64,000 bases of DNA. Source: Salinispira sp. GTDB taxonomy: Bacteria; Spirochaetota; Spirochaetia; DSM-27196; Salinispiraceae. Positions 1 to 9,203 of this stretch are shown piece by piece (within the stretch, counting starts at the first letter, position 1; every line of letters begins with the position of its first letter). The stretch is from NCBI GenBank assembly GCA_965602015.1, contig OZ271918.1, forward strand, positions 2,368,001-2,432,000, read 5' to 3'. A program made the position numbers and the translations under genes. The notes beneath the pieces were generated by a model, which was not told the DNA's origin, did not search any database, and saw nothing but the letters and a program-made list of their open reading frames with translations.

Positions 1-1235
1 ACTATCTGACCGCATGCGGCTCCGGGGCTGGCATTCAAGCCCTTGGCGACGGCCTTGACCTTTTTCTTCTCTGCGGGATTGATCGCCGGATGGAAAACCT
101 GCTCAAGCTGCAGGGGAGTGACCCGTCCCAGGGCTTCTTCTTTGGTAATAAGTCCCTCGGACACCATGTCTACCGCTACCTTGATGGCTGCGGCTCCGGT
201 CCGCTTGCCGTTCCGGGTCTGAAGCAGGTAAAGCTGGCCTTCCTGAATGGTAAACTCCATGTCCTGCATGTCGCGGTAATGCTTCTCAAGCCGGTCCTTC
301 ACGTCAATGAGCTGTTTGAAGATGGCGGGATTGGTATCTTCTAGTTGGGAAAGCTTTTGGGGCGTCCTGATGCCCGCTACCACGTCTTCGCCCTGGGCGT
401 TCATGAGGTATTCACCGTAGAACATCTTTTCTCCGGTGGAGGGGTCACGGGAGAAGCACACGCCGGTTCCCGAGTCATCGCCGAAGTTACCGAACACCAT
501 GGCGACGATGTTTACGGCGGTTCCCACCAGGTCCTTGATGTCGTTGATCTGACGGTATTTTATTGCTTTGGTGTTCTGCCAGGATCCGAATACCGCGTCG
601 ATTGCCTGCCATAACTGATCCATGGGGTCCTGGGGAAAGTCCTCATGGGTGTGTTTTTTATACAGGGCCTTGTACAGCTTGACCACTTCTTTCAGGTCGG
701 CTACATCGAGATCGACATCATCTTCGATCCCCTTCTTGTATTTGACCTTGTCCATTTCTTTTTCGTAATCTTCGTGGGGAATGCCCTTTACCACATTGCC
801 GTACATATTGATAAAACGGCGGTAGGAGTCCCAGGCGAGGCGCTCATTGTCGGTGCTTTTATGAAGGCCGAGTACTGCCTCATCGTTCAATCCGAGGTTC
901 AGGATGGTGTCCATCATTCCCGGCATGGAAACCGCCGCTCCAGACCGGACAGAAACCAGTAGCGGGGAATCCTTGTCCCCAAGTTTTTTGCCCACCGTCG
1001 ATTCAAGCCGGTGAAGGTGTTCCTCCACTTCCTTTATCAGTTCCGGCGAATTCTTCCTGCCGTTTTTATAATACGCATCGCACATTTCCGCGCTGATCGT
1101 AAAACCCGGAGGTACGGGAACTCCGAGATTCGTCATCTCCGCGAGATTAGCCCCCTTGCCGCCGAGGGTCTCTTTCATCTTCGCAGATCCCTCAGCTTGC
1201 CCTCCACCGAAAAAGTACACCTGTTTTTCTGCCAT
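1..1235 (-). CDS. ppdK: Pyruvate, phosphate dikinase (5' part; runs off window start)
   Basis: Manual minus-strand translation from ATG 1235 gives MAEKQVYFFGGGQAEGSAKMKETLGGKGANLAEMTNLGVPVPPGFTIS, the PPDK N-terminal signature; GGAGG RBS upstream. Absent from the ORF track because no stop lies in the window. Confidence 0.93.
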   Translation of the reverse strand, partial: MAEKQVYFFGGGQAEGSAKMKETLGGKGANLAEMTNLGVPVPPGFTISAEMCDAYYKNGRKNSPELIKEVEEHLHRLESTVGKKLGDKDSPLLVSVRSGAAVSMPGMMDTILNLGLNDEAVLGLHKSTDNERLAWDSYRRFINMYGNVVKGIPHEDYEKEMDKVKYKKGIEDDVDLDVADLKEVVKLYKALYKKHTHEDFPQDPMDQLWQAIDAVFGSWQNTKAIKYRQINDIKDLVGTAVNIVAMVFGNFGDDSGTGVCFSRDPSTGEKMFYGEYLMNAQGEDVVAGIRTPQKLSQLEDTNPAIFKQLIDVKDRLEKHYRDMQDMEFTIQEGQLYLLQTRNGKRTGAAAIKVAVDMVSEGLITKEEALGRVTPLQLEQVFHPAINPAEKKKVKAVAKGLNASPGAACGQI

Positions 1236-1361
1236 CGTTACAGAACCTCCTGAAATGTCATGGGAATATGACTGGAACACGTAGTGAGACGCTCAGTTGT
1301 ACTCCGCACGAGATCATATACTATTGAGAAGCCTAAACCCGTTTACCCCAGCTGTCAAAAC

Positions 1362-1388
1362 AAAAAAAGCCCCGGCATAAGCCGGGGC
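1362..1388 (-). terminator. Intrinsic terminator after the sigma-factor gene
   Basis: GCCCCGGC-ataa-GCCGGGGC perfect stem next to an A7 run (U-tract on the minus strand). Confidence 0.8.
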
Positions 1389-1409
1389 GATGACCCGTTG
1401 TATAAAGCC

Positions 1410-2285
1410 TCAGGCTACATAGGAGGAGAGGTAGCGGCTTCGGGTGGGATGCTGAAGACGTTTGATAGCCTTTTTTTCTATCTGACGGATACGCTCTTTG
1501 GTAAGGTTATATCGGTCGCCGATTTCCTTCAGGCTCATGGGCGCATAGCCGTTGAGACCGAATCGAAACTGGATTATTTCCGCTTCCTTATCGGTGAGGG
1601 TCTCGAGAATTGCATTAATGTCATTCTTGAGAGAGTCCTGCATAACCAAATCTTCAGGGAGGGAGTTCACAGTATCCTCGACGAAATCACTGAGGACAGA
1701 GCTGTCCTTCTCGCGGTAAACCGGGGTTTCAAGGGAGACATGTTCCCGGCTGATGTTGACAAGGTCTGTCACATGCTCTTCTGTCATGTTAAGAGAACGG
1801 GCGATTTCCCTCATTTCTTCGGTTTCACCCATGGAGCCGGAAATACTCTTGCGGACTTTTTCGATCTGGACAAGCTCATTGGCCCGGTTCAGCGGAAGTC
1901 TGATCATTCTGCTTTTTTCGCATATCGCCTTGAGAATAGCCTGGCGAATCCACCATACAGCATAGGAGATAAAGTGAAATCCCTTATCGACGTCGAAACG
2001 CTCTATGGCATTCAGAAGGCCAATGTTTCCCTCGCTGATCAGATCGACCAACGGGAGTCCCTGATTCTGATACTTCTTCGCAACGTTAACAACGAAACGG
2101 AGGTTTGCCTGCACCAGATGGTCCTTGGCAGCCTGCTCGCCGTCCCGGGCTCGGGTCGCTAAATCGACTTCCTGCTCGCGGGTCAGAAGGGGTATACGGT
2201 TTATTTCTTTGAGATATATGGTCAAAATGTTTTCATCGCTGCTTCGGCTTGTGCTGTTGATACGCTTTTCTGATACCTGGCTCAT
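1410..2285 (-). CDS. Alternative sigma-70 factor, RpoS/RpoD-like, lacking region 1.1
   Basis: Regions 1.2 (YLKEINRIPLLTREQE), 2 (ANLRFVVNVAKKY, DLISEGNIGL, YAVWWIRQAI) and 4 (LTKERIRQIEKKA); start moved to MSQVSEK, which has a GGAGG RBS. Confidence 0.9.
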   Translation of the reverse strand: MSQVSEKRINSTSRSSDENILTIYLKEINRIPLLTREQEVDLATRARDGEQAAKDHLVQANLRFVVNVAKKYQNQGLPLVDLISEGNIGLLNAIERFDVDKGFHFISYAVWWIRQAILKAICEKSRMIRLPLNRANELVQIEKVRKSISGSMGETEEMREIARSLNMTEEHVTDLVNISREHVSLETPVYREKDSSVLSDFVEDTVNSLPEDLVMQDSLKNDINAILETLTDKEAEIIQFRFGLNGYAPMSLKEIGDRYNLTKERIRQIEKKAIKRLQHPTRSRYLSSYVA

Positions 2286-2307
2286 TCTGGCCTCCTGCCA
2301 CCATAAA

Positions 2308-2324
2308 AGCAAAAGGCGTGCCAA
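2308..2324 (-). promoter_or_regulatory. Sigma54 (RpoN) -24/-12 promoter of the sigma-factor gene
   Basis: Minus strand TTGGCACGCCTTTTGCT matches TGGCAC-N5-TTGC with exact GG-N10-GC spacing; predicted TSS near 2297, just upstream of the RBS. Confidence 0.85.
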
Positions 2325-2349
2325 AAGCAAAATAATTTATCTAACGACC

Positions 2350-2426
2350 TATCTTTATGCAGTGTAATGATTTATACATATCACACTAAGTGATCACAAT
2401 AATCCCCCCATATCACAATGTGCAAT
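2350..2426. promoter_or_regulatory. Putative IHF-like site and tandem upstream activator sites for the sigma54 promoter
   Basis: TAA-N4-TT motif at 2374-2350 (minus); dyad ATCAC-N5-GTGAT at 2380-2394 and degenerate ATCAC-N5-GCAAT at 2412-2426. Confidence 0.4.
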
Positions 2427-2651
2427 ATTGACCCAGCTACCCTCTTACCACCTGCAAGTGGGTTATTTTGATACACAGGCATCAAAGCACTGGGGAATTT
2501 GGGTCATTTCGCCCGCCGACACGGGACATTTCCCGAGGAATCAAAAAAATCACGGGGAAACCCCGAAATTCTTGACCAAGATCGGGCCATTTCGTATATT
2601 TCAGCCATACTATATCACAGCACAATCTACACTCAATTCAGGAGGAATGGT

Positions 2652-2918
2652 ATGAATGTACAGCCTTTAGGCGATCGGGTTCTTCTCAAGACCGAAGCCG
2701 GCGAAGAAAAAACATCCGGAGGTCTCTTTATACCCCAGACAGCGCAGGAGAAAACCCAGACTGCCGTGGTCTCTGCCATCGGTGACGATACCGAAACGAT
2801 TACCGTAAAAGCCGGAGACCGGGTAATGTACGACAAGTACGCCGGCACCCAGGTGAAGATCGACGGCGATGATTACCTCATCGTGAGCTTCTCCGATATT
2901 ATTGCCGTAATTAAGTAA
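2652..2918 (+). CDS. groES: Co-chaperonin GroES (no groEL adjacent)
   Basis: MNVQPLGDRVLLK..EEKTSGGLFIP..KYAGTQVKIDG; AGGAGG RBS. Confidence 0.95.
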   Translation: MNVQPLGDRVLLKTEAGEEKTSGGLFIPQTAQEKTQTAVVSAIGDDTETITVKAGDRVMYDKYAGTQVKIDGDDYLIVSFSDIIAVIK

Positions 2919-2942
2919 GCCCACCCTCAACAGCAGCACACG

Positions 2943-2969
2943 CGCCGTCCTTCGGGGCGGCGTTTTTTT
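2943..2969 (+). terminator. Intrinsic terminator after groES
   Basis: CGCCGTCC-TTCG-GGGCGGCG stem-loop followed by T7. Confidence 0.85.
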
Positions 2970-2994
2970 GTGCTCGGGTTTGCAGCTGTTTTTG

Positions 2995-3141
2995 CAGTGC
3001 CCCCAAAACAGCTGATTTAGTGCGCTAAGTTTTAATCCTGCATGGAAATACAAGTAGAGGTAAAAAAAACCTCAGATCAGTTCGTTACTTCTTGTTCCAA
3101 AGGCATTTGCATCAAATTAATCAGCTGTTTTGGGGGCACTG
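2995..3141. repeat. Dispersed inverted-repeat element, copy 1 (147 bp, MITE/REPIN/RIB-like)
   Basis: Perfect 23-bp terminal inverted repeat CAGTGCCCCCAAAACAGCTGATT at 2995-3017 and 3119-3141; lies between convergent genes. Confidence 0.9.
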
Positions 3142-3150
3142 TGAACAGAT

Positions 3151-3705
3151 CTACTTGGCGGGGGCGAAATTCCCTATCGCGCTGATAATAAAATCCCCAA
3201 CCTGCCTTTGGGTATCGGGCCTCGTAAAAAGACTGGCGCAGTACACCCGCACAGATAGTCCGTCAATCTCCAGAACAGTAAATGCTTCCTCGGATATGCG
3301 AATCTGCGCCCCGTCCCAGGAGACCACAAGTTTCCCGGCCTCGGCGTCAAGCGTTAGGCCCGGGAAGCCTGAGTAGGGAAGAGTGATGTTCTGGGCCAAC
3401 AGCACGACGCGTTCGCCGGTTTCGTCATACATGCGGAGTATACCCCGGGGTCCCTCGTCCCCCTGTTCTCCGGAGAAGCTCAGGCGGTCCAGTGAAGCCG
3501 GGTCGAGGCTCAGGGCAGCAGGTGGAACCGGAGATACCATGAGATCGAATGCTTCCCCCCCATCGGGGCGGTAGGTCAGGCGCAGTTCCCGGTTGCGGAG
3601 CACAGCCGACACCAGCCTTCCCTCCCGCTCGCGGTTTTGATAACCGCTGATTCTCAGGGAATCCGCTCGGGCAGGTATTACCAACACAAAGATAGACAGC
3701 ATCAT
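3151..3705 (-). CDS. Hypothetical secreted protein
   Basis: 184-aa ORF with signal-peptide-like N-terminus (LSIFVLVIPARA); co-directional with the upstream protease gene. Confidence 0.6.
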   Translation of the reverse strand: MMLSIFVLVIPARADSLRISGYQNREREGRLVSAVLRNRELRLTYRPDGGEAFDLMVSPVPPAALSLDPASLDRLSFSGEQGDEGPRGILRMYDETGERVVLLAQNITLPYSGFPGLTLDAEAGKLVVSWDGAQIRISEEAFTVLEIDGLSVRVYCASLFTRPDTQRQVGDFIISAIGNFAPAK

Positions 3706-3742
3706 AAGCAGCGCTGATTTAACGGCATCGGCCTAGATGCCC

Positions 3743-5653
3743 CTATTCACCGGCAGCCCCCCTGAAGGGATCATGCTGATGAGGGGGGAACCGACAAATG
3801 GTGAAGTTTTGGAAATCATCCACCAGCGGATTAAACCCCGCGTTGCTATGTGTGGAGCGCGTGGCAATGCCTTGGAAAATCCCTACGGTCTGCCGGGAAA
3901 AGGCCGATGAAATGGCCTCCCAATCGTTGTGATCGGTCAACACGGGGTTGCCGGAGTCGTGATCATCTGTGGGGTTGAGGTCCATGGCCAGGGCAGAGTC
4001 GACGATGCCGTTGCCGTTGAAATCTACCCATACGCTTCCGGTCCTGCCGAGGCCATTTGACTCATCAATTGAGCCTTCGTGAATATCCGCAGAGCTGCCG
4101 TCGGAAAAATCAATTGCGTAATCCGTGCTGTACACCGACCGCGTCAAATCCCTTGTGTAAAAGGCCCCACCGTAATACAGAGTGGCATAGGGGTTTGATT
4201 GCTCATAGTTGAAAACCCGGGAATGCTGGTAGTAGTAATAGCGATCTCCCTCATAATCATCGCCGATCAGGGGCATGCCTGAGTACATGTAGTTCATGAT
4301 GCTAATGTAATTGGGCTTGTAGTTTTCACTTTCATCTCCGCCATGGCCCAGGCCCAGGTTGTGGCCCAGCTCATGCATTATGACATCCGCCTGCCGGTTT
4401 ACCGTGTAGAGCCTCCATTCCTCCGATTCGAATGGATCGATATGCGACGGGGGTATAACCAGGAAGTCGTTGCCGGGCCTCTCTCCCAGTCCGCCGAAGT
4501 ACGGCGAATCGTTCCCCATGACCATAAAATGGAATATCTGACGCTTGTTCACCGGCAGGAAGTCCGCTTTGAGCTGAAAAAAATCCACGTCTCCGTCGTA
4601 GTGAATGCTCCACCCGATGGTTTGGGACCAGGGAAGGGCGTGGCTTTTTCCGTCGAGATTATAGCGCTCGATATCCGGGTGCACCAGTTGGGAGTAGGCC
4701 GAGGTGTCGCCCACATCGAAATGCACCGCAAAATTTCTCCCGTCCGCCGTCTGGTTCGCGAAGGCCTGCTGCACCTTTTCAAGGGCTTCGGGACGGGGAA
4801 AAAGCCCGGGAAAATCCGAGGGCGTGTCTCCCACCATGTAGCTTACATGGACAAAGATGTCCATCACGCCCTGGCGGGCCCCCCAATCGTGGAGGGGCAT
4901 GCCGAGGTATGTTGTGCCCGGCAGTTCATTGGCATCGGGAATTCCGTCGCCGTCGGCATCAGTCTGTGAAAAGACGTCGTTGGCTCCCCCGGGAGTTGCC
5001 CATTCGCTGTAACACCAGTCGGACTGGCGGTTGCTGTCGGTCATATCCGCAACCCGCGCCATGGAAAACCCGCTGTACGGTTCCCCTGGGTAGGATTCAT
5101 ATATCAGACCGTCTCCATTCCAGTGAGCGCTGCTGACAGCGGCGATTTCATTCTCCCCGAATTTAACCAGATCAATAATCTCCCCGCGGTGACTGAGTTC
5201 GAGGAATCCGCTGCTGATCCAGTAAAAAGACGGGGCAAGATTATTGGGGGTAAAAATATTCTCATCACCGGGATAATCCTGGCTGTGCACCCGGTTTCGG
5301 ACCACCACATATTCGCCGGGATGGACAATCCGCGAAGTAAAACCGCCGAAATCCACCGGATTGCTTGCACCCATGCTGCTCTGGTCGTAGACCCGAATGC
5401 TGATATCCGCTAAATTCACCGGGCTCTGGCCGGAGTTATACAACTCGATCCACGTCGCCGGAACCATTTTGCCGTCCACATTATACCGCGTGTTATCAGC
5501 GCTAAACTCACTGATTAACAGACCATTGCCGAATTCCTCCGGTGGTTGATTATTGAGGGGATTGCAGGAGGACAGGCCGATAAAAAGCCACAGAGTCAGA
5601 AGGGCGAAAAACAGTACACTGGGTTTTCCGGGATTAACAGTACGCGTGCTCAT
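3743..5653 (-). CDS. Lipoprotein with lamin-tail-like domain and metzincin zinc-metalloprotease domain
   Basis: Lipobox IGLSSC; LLISEF..WIELYN..VNL (lamin-tail-like); DADGDGIPDANE Ca-binding-type motif; HELGHNLGLGH plus SIMNY Met-turn. Confidence 0.8.
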   Translation of the reverse strand: MSTRTVNPGKPSVLFFALLTLWLFIGLSSCNPLNNQPPEEFGNGLLISEFSADNTRYNVDGKMVPATWIELYNSGQSPVNLADISIRVYDQSSMGASNPVDFGGFTSRIVHPGEYVVVRNRVHSQDYPGDENIFTPNNLAPSFYWISSGFLELSHRGEIIDLVKFGENEIAAVSSAHWNGDGLIYESYPGEPYSGFSMARVADMTDSNRQSDWCYSEWATPGGANDVFSQTDADGDGIPDANELPGTTYLGMPLHDWGARQGVMDIFVHVSYMVGDTPSDFPGLFPRPEALEKVQQAFANQTADGRNFAVHFDVGDTSAYSQLVHPDIERYNLDGKSHALPWSQTIGWSIHYDGDVDFFQLKADFLPVNKRQIFHFMVMGNDSPYFGGLGERPGNDFLVIPPSHIDPFESEEWRLYTVNRQADVIMHELGHNLGLGHGGDESENYKPNYISIMNYMYSGMPLIGDDYEGDRYYYYQHSRVFNYEQSNPYATLYYGGAFYTRDLTRSVYSTDYAIDFSDGSSADIHEGSIDESNGLGRTGSVWVDFNGNGIVDSALAMDLNPTDDHDSGNPVLTDHNDWEAISSAFSRQTVGIFQGIATRSTHSNAGFNPLVDDFQNFTICRFPPHQHDPFRGAAGE

Positions 5654-5743
5654 ATGGTGCATTGTAGCCGTAAACCGTCGATAAAACCAGATTGAATCAG
5701 CTACCGGTTGAGCGCATTGTACCCCTAGCTTGAGTCATATAGT

Positions 5744-8224
5744 TCAGTCGGAAAACAGAACCCTCTCAAGCTCATCGAGAAGGCGGTCAGAGTGTTCGGT
5801 CATCATTCGTGCGGGAGGCAGGGACTCGATAAAATTTCGGCCGTAGCCTTTGGTAATAATTCTCTTGTCGGTAATAAACACCACGCCCCGGTCGCTTGTC
5901 CGCCGCATGAGGCGCCCAAAACCCTGCTTTAGCTTCATGACCGCGTCCGGCAGGCTCAGCTCGAAGAACGGCGCCCCGCCCCGCTGTTCTATAGCTTCGG
6001 TGCGGGCGAGCAGCACCGGCTCGGTGGGAACCCGGAAGGGCAGCCGGCAAATTATCAGCAACTGAAGGGCATCTCCCGGAGCATCCACCCCCTCCCAGAA
6101 ACTGTGGGTGGCAAAAAGCACCGAGCTGGTTTCAGCGGTGAAACGGCCCATGAGACGAGCCCGGTCGTCATCGCCCTGCTTCAGGCAGCTGATGCCACTC
6201 TCAACCAGGTAGGGCTTGCAGTAGCCGTAGATGTCGTTGAGCATTGCATAGCTGGTGAAGAGCACCAGGGCATGGCCCCCGGATCTGTCGATCGCCCGGG
6301 TTATAAAGCCCTTGAGCCATTCGCTGTAGCGCTGGCCCTCGGAGGGGTCAGGAGCGTCGGAGGGCACTCCCAGCAGCACACGGTTGGGGTAGTCGAAGGG
6401 GCTGTCGAGACTGCGAAAGATCATCCGCTCGCTCTCGGGCAGACCGATCCTTCGCTGCCAGAAGCGTATGGATTTGCTCACCGACAGGGTGGCTGAAGTC
6501 ATGACGATTGTGGGATATGGCTCGAACAGGGCTTCCTGAAGCAGGTTTCCGATTTCAATCGGGGTCGCGGTAAAGTGGACGTAGCGGTCGCCGGCATTGG
6601 TCCTGCGCCGGTCCAGCCAGTACACCAGGTCCGGCCGGGTGTGGTATTCGCGAAAATCGCTGCATATCGCCGAGATGGTTTCAAGTCGTCGGATAAGAAT
6701 CCGCAGTTCATTTACCCGCGGGTCTTCGAGCTCGCCCTCTTCGAGTTTTTTGTACTCTCCGGCGAGGAATTCGAGGGTATCCAGAACGGTTTGTTGGAAA
6801 GCCGTCAACACTGGGAAGAGCTGGGATTCGAAGGGGTCGGCGTTGACGCTTTCCTGCCGCTGGGCAGGCAGGCTATTGGGATCGGGCCGCAAGCGGATAG
6901 ATGGGCTGGTCCCCTCGAAAAACGGCAGTAGCGCGTTGTCCAGTTCCTGTACGCCGTTGCGCATGCCCTGAAGCAGGCCTTCAAGGCCTTCGAATTCGAC
7001 GCCCGACAGGCTGCGCAGCGCCGGAACCACACCGGCGCTCTTGCCCTTCCGGTTTCTCAGTAGCATATTGGCGTACTTGTGAACCTGAAAGCGGTTAAAT
7101 TCGACGCTGAAATAGCTGGTGGCCGACTGCTCTATATTGTGGGCCTCATCGATTATGAGGCGTTGAAAAGCCGGCAGAATCACCGTAGCGTCGGGACCAA
7201 AGCCCTCTTTGCGGATAGCCAGGTCGGCGAACAGCAAATGATGATTGGTTATAATAATGTGCGCCGCCGCGGCTTCCTTGCGCGCCTTTTGGAGGAAGCA
7301 GCTGCTTCGCAGACGGCAGCGCATTTCGGAGCACGCATCCTTGTCGCTGTTCACCCTTGACCACAGGGCCTCATCGGGGGAAAACGGCAAATCGCTGCGG
7401 TCTCCGCTGTCGGTTACCTCGGCCCAGCGCCGGATTTCATCGAGCTGCTCCTCCCCGAAAAGCCCCTCTTCCTCCAGAAGCTCGTTAAGACGGTTGCGGC
7501 ATAAATACTGATTGCGGCCCTTGGCTAAAACGATCCGGATGTCCTTCTCGCCTTTGCCGGCAAACAGCCGGCGGACCGTCGGGATGTCTTTTCCGATTAT
7601 CTGCTGTTGAAGATTGATGGTTGCGGTTGAGACCACCACCCGTTCCTGGTTGCGCAGCACCCAGGAAAACGCGGGGATCAGGTAGGCCAGGCTTTTTCCG
7701 ACGCCGGTGCCGGCCTCGCACACGGCGATGCGGTCTTCGTTGAATGCGGCGACCACCGACTCGAGCATTTCCAGCTGGGGGTCACGGGGTTCGTACCCCG
7801 GTTTTATTTTCGACAATGCTCCGCCGGGCAGCAGCATATCGGCCAGTTCGCTTACGTCAAGTTCATTCCGTTCGCCGGGTATGTAGGCCTCGGTAATGAT
7901 AAATAGATCGTCTACCTCGTTATTGATAATCCAGCTACCGATGCCCTGCTGCCCGAGCTGGGCGGCCACATTGAGGTCCGCATTGCTGGGCCGCAACAGG
8001 CCCCCCGGATGGTTGTGGACTATCACCTCGCCCTGACTCATATGAGGATAGGGCGCAGGAACCATGTGCTCGTTTCCCCGGGCTACCGGTCGGGCGCTGG
8101 CAAGGCATCCGTCCTCAGCGAGGGTACAGACGAAGAGAACCTCTCCGCCCCCGGCTTCTTCGATGGCGCTGCGCATGAGATTTTGGATATGTACGGGTAT
8201 TCGTCCCTCTATGCCAGCCACCAC
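5744..8224 (-). CDS. DinG/YoaA-family Fe-S helicase with N-terminal JAB/RadC-like domain
   Basis: EAGTGVGKS, IIDEAH, SATL, FWEGVD and QGFGRLMR motifs; Fe-S cysteines; N-terminal HNHPGGLLRPSNAD. Confidence 0.88.
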   Translation of the reverse strand: MVAGIEGRIPVHIQNLMRSAIEEAGGGEVLFVCTLAEDGCLASARPVARGNEHMVPAPYPHMSQGEVIVHNHPGGLLRPSNADLNVAAQLGQQGIGSWIINNEVDDLFIITEAYIPGERNELDVSELADMLLPGGALSKIKPGYEPRDPQLEMLESVVAAFNEDRIAVCEAGTGVGKSLAYLIPAFSWVLRNQERVVVSTATINLQQQIIGKDIPTVRRLFAGKGEKDIRIVLAKGRNQYLCRNRLNELLEEEGLFGEEQLDEIRRWAEVTDSGDRSDLPFSPDEALWSRVNSDKDACSEMRCRLRSSCFLQKARKEAAAAHIIITNHHLLFADLAIRKEGFGPDATVILPAFQRLIIDEAHNIEQSATSYFSVEFNRFQVHKYANMLLRNRKGKSAGVVPALRSLSGVEFEGLEGLLQGMRNGVQELDNALLPFFEGTSPSIRLRPDPNSLPAQRQESVNADPFESQLFPVLTAFQQTVLDTLEFLAGEYKKLEEGELEDPRVNELRILIRRLETISAICSDFREYHTRPDLVYWLDRRRTNAGDRYVHFTATPIEIGNLLQEALFEPYPTIVMTSATLSVSKSIRFWQRRIGLPESERMIFRSLDSPFDYPNRVLLGVPSDAPDPSEGQRYSEWLKGFITRAIDRSGGHALVLFTSYAMLNDIYGYCKPYLVESGISCLKQGDDDRARLMGRFTAETSSVLFATHSFWEGVDAPGDALQLLIICRLPFRVPTEPVLLARTEAIEQRGGAPFFELSLPDAVMKLKQGFGRLMRRTSDRGVVFITDKRIITKGYGRNFIESLPPARMMTEHSDRLLDELERVLFSD

Positions 8225-9024
8225 TCCACCAGACGGGATACCAGGGATTTCATGCGTTCCGCAGCCAGTCGGCCGATTTCGACCACCTCGGCGTGGTCCA
8301 GAGTCTCATGGCCGAGTCCTGCGGCGAAGTTGGTAATAAGACTCAGACCGCCGACCTTCATACCCAGGTAGCGCGCGAATATAGCCTCGGGAACCGTGGA
8401 CATTCCCACGGCATCGGCGCCCATGGTCCCGAAGGCCCTGATTTCCGCCGGAGTTTCATAACTCGGACCGGTGGTCGCCAGGTAGACCCCTTCTACAAGA
8501 TCGGGATCCAGTTTTCTGGCCTGGGACCCAAAGTCCTGATCATACACCCGGCTCATATCAGGAAAGCGGGCGCCCAAAGCCTTTCCGCCAAATTCCGGAT
8601 TGGCTCCCATGAGGGGATTGAATCCGAGCATATTGATGTGATCGCTGATTACCATGATGTCTCCGGGAGAAAAATTGCGGTTGATTCCTCCGGCGGCGTT
8701 GGTGACGATGAGTTTTTCGCAGCCCAGGCCCCGAAGCAGGGCAACGGTACTCACGACGCTCTGAGGACTGTGTCCCTCGTAGTAATGAAAACGGCCTGAA
8801 CAGATGGCCAGATCATCATTTATATAGAGTTCACCCTTATGCCCTTCTACCGTCGGTTTGGGAAGCACGGGAATATCTCCATAAGGGATCCGGGTACAGG
8901 AATATGATTCCGATAGGCTCGATAGCCCGGAACCAAGTATCATACCGAGGCGGGGATGTTTGCCGCGTGTTTTGACAATATCAGATGCGGCGCCGAATAC
9001 TTCGCGAATAAATGTGCTTTCCAT
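8209..9024 (-). CDS. punA: Purine-nucleoside phosphorylase (trimeric type)
   Basis: LGSGL, GRFHYYEG, TNAAGG, GPSYETPAE, GMSTVPE; GGAGG RBS before MESTF. Confidence 0.92.
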   Translation of the reverse strand: MESTFIREVFGAASDIVKTRGKHPRLGMILGSGLSSLSESYSCTRIPYGDIPVLPKPTVEGHKGELYINDDLAICSGRFHYYEGHSPQSVVSTVALLRGLGCEKLIVTNAAGGINRNFSPGDIMVISDHINMLGFNPLMGANPEFGGKALGARFPDMSRVYDQDFGSQARKLDPDLVEGVYLATTGPSYETPAEIRAFGTMGADAVGMSTVPEAIFARYLGMKVGGLSLITNFAAGLGHETLDHAEVVEIGRLAAERMKSLVSRLVEWWLA

Positions 9025-9203
9025 GTGACCTCCTGACCTTCCCGATCTTCTGCACATGGCAGATAAGGGAAGATGCCATTATAGCGGGAAATGCCGGGCC
9101 TCACAATTTGAACCTTCGCCTTCCTTGACTTTTGAATATCTCATGTATAAAGTTACGAAATTATCCGGAAAACTGCATATTCCCTTAATTTCGCGGAGGA
9201 ATC

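Noticed and set aside
90..2162. Plus-strand ORFs from 90-344 to 1284-2162
   Set aside because: Antisense shadows of ppdK and the sigma factor.
2430..2651. CIRCE element upstream of groES
   Set aside because: No TTAGCACTC-N9-GAGTGCTAA match seen.
5744..8224. DinG as part of a type IV CRISPR or other defence island
   Set aside because: No csf/cas genes or array; neighbours are housekeeping genes or unrelated.
9025..9203. Lysine riboswitch upstream of asd-lysC
   Set aside because: The divergent gap is short and the likely promoter leaves only about 45 nt of leader.
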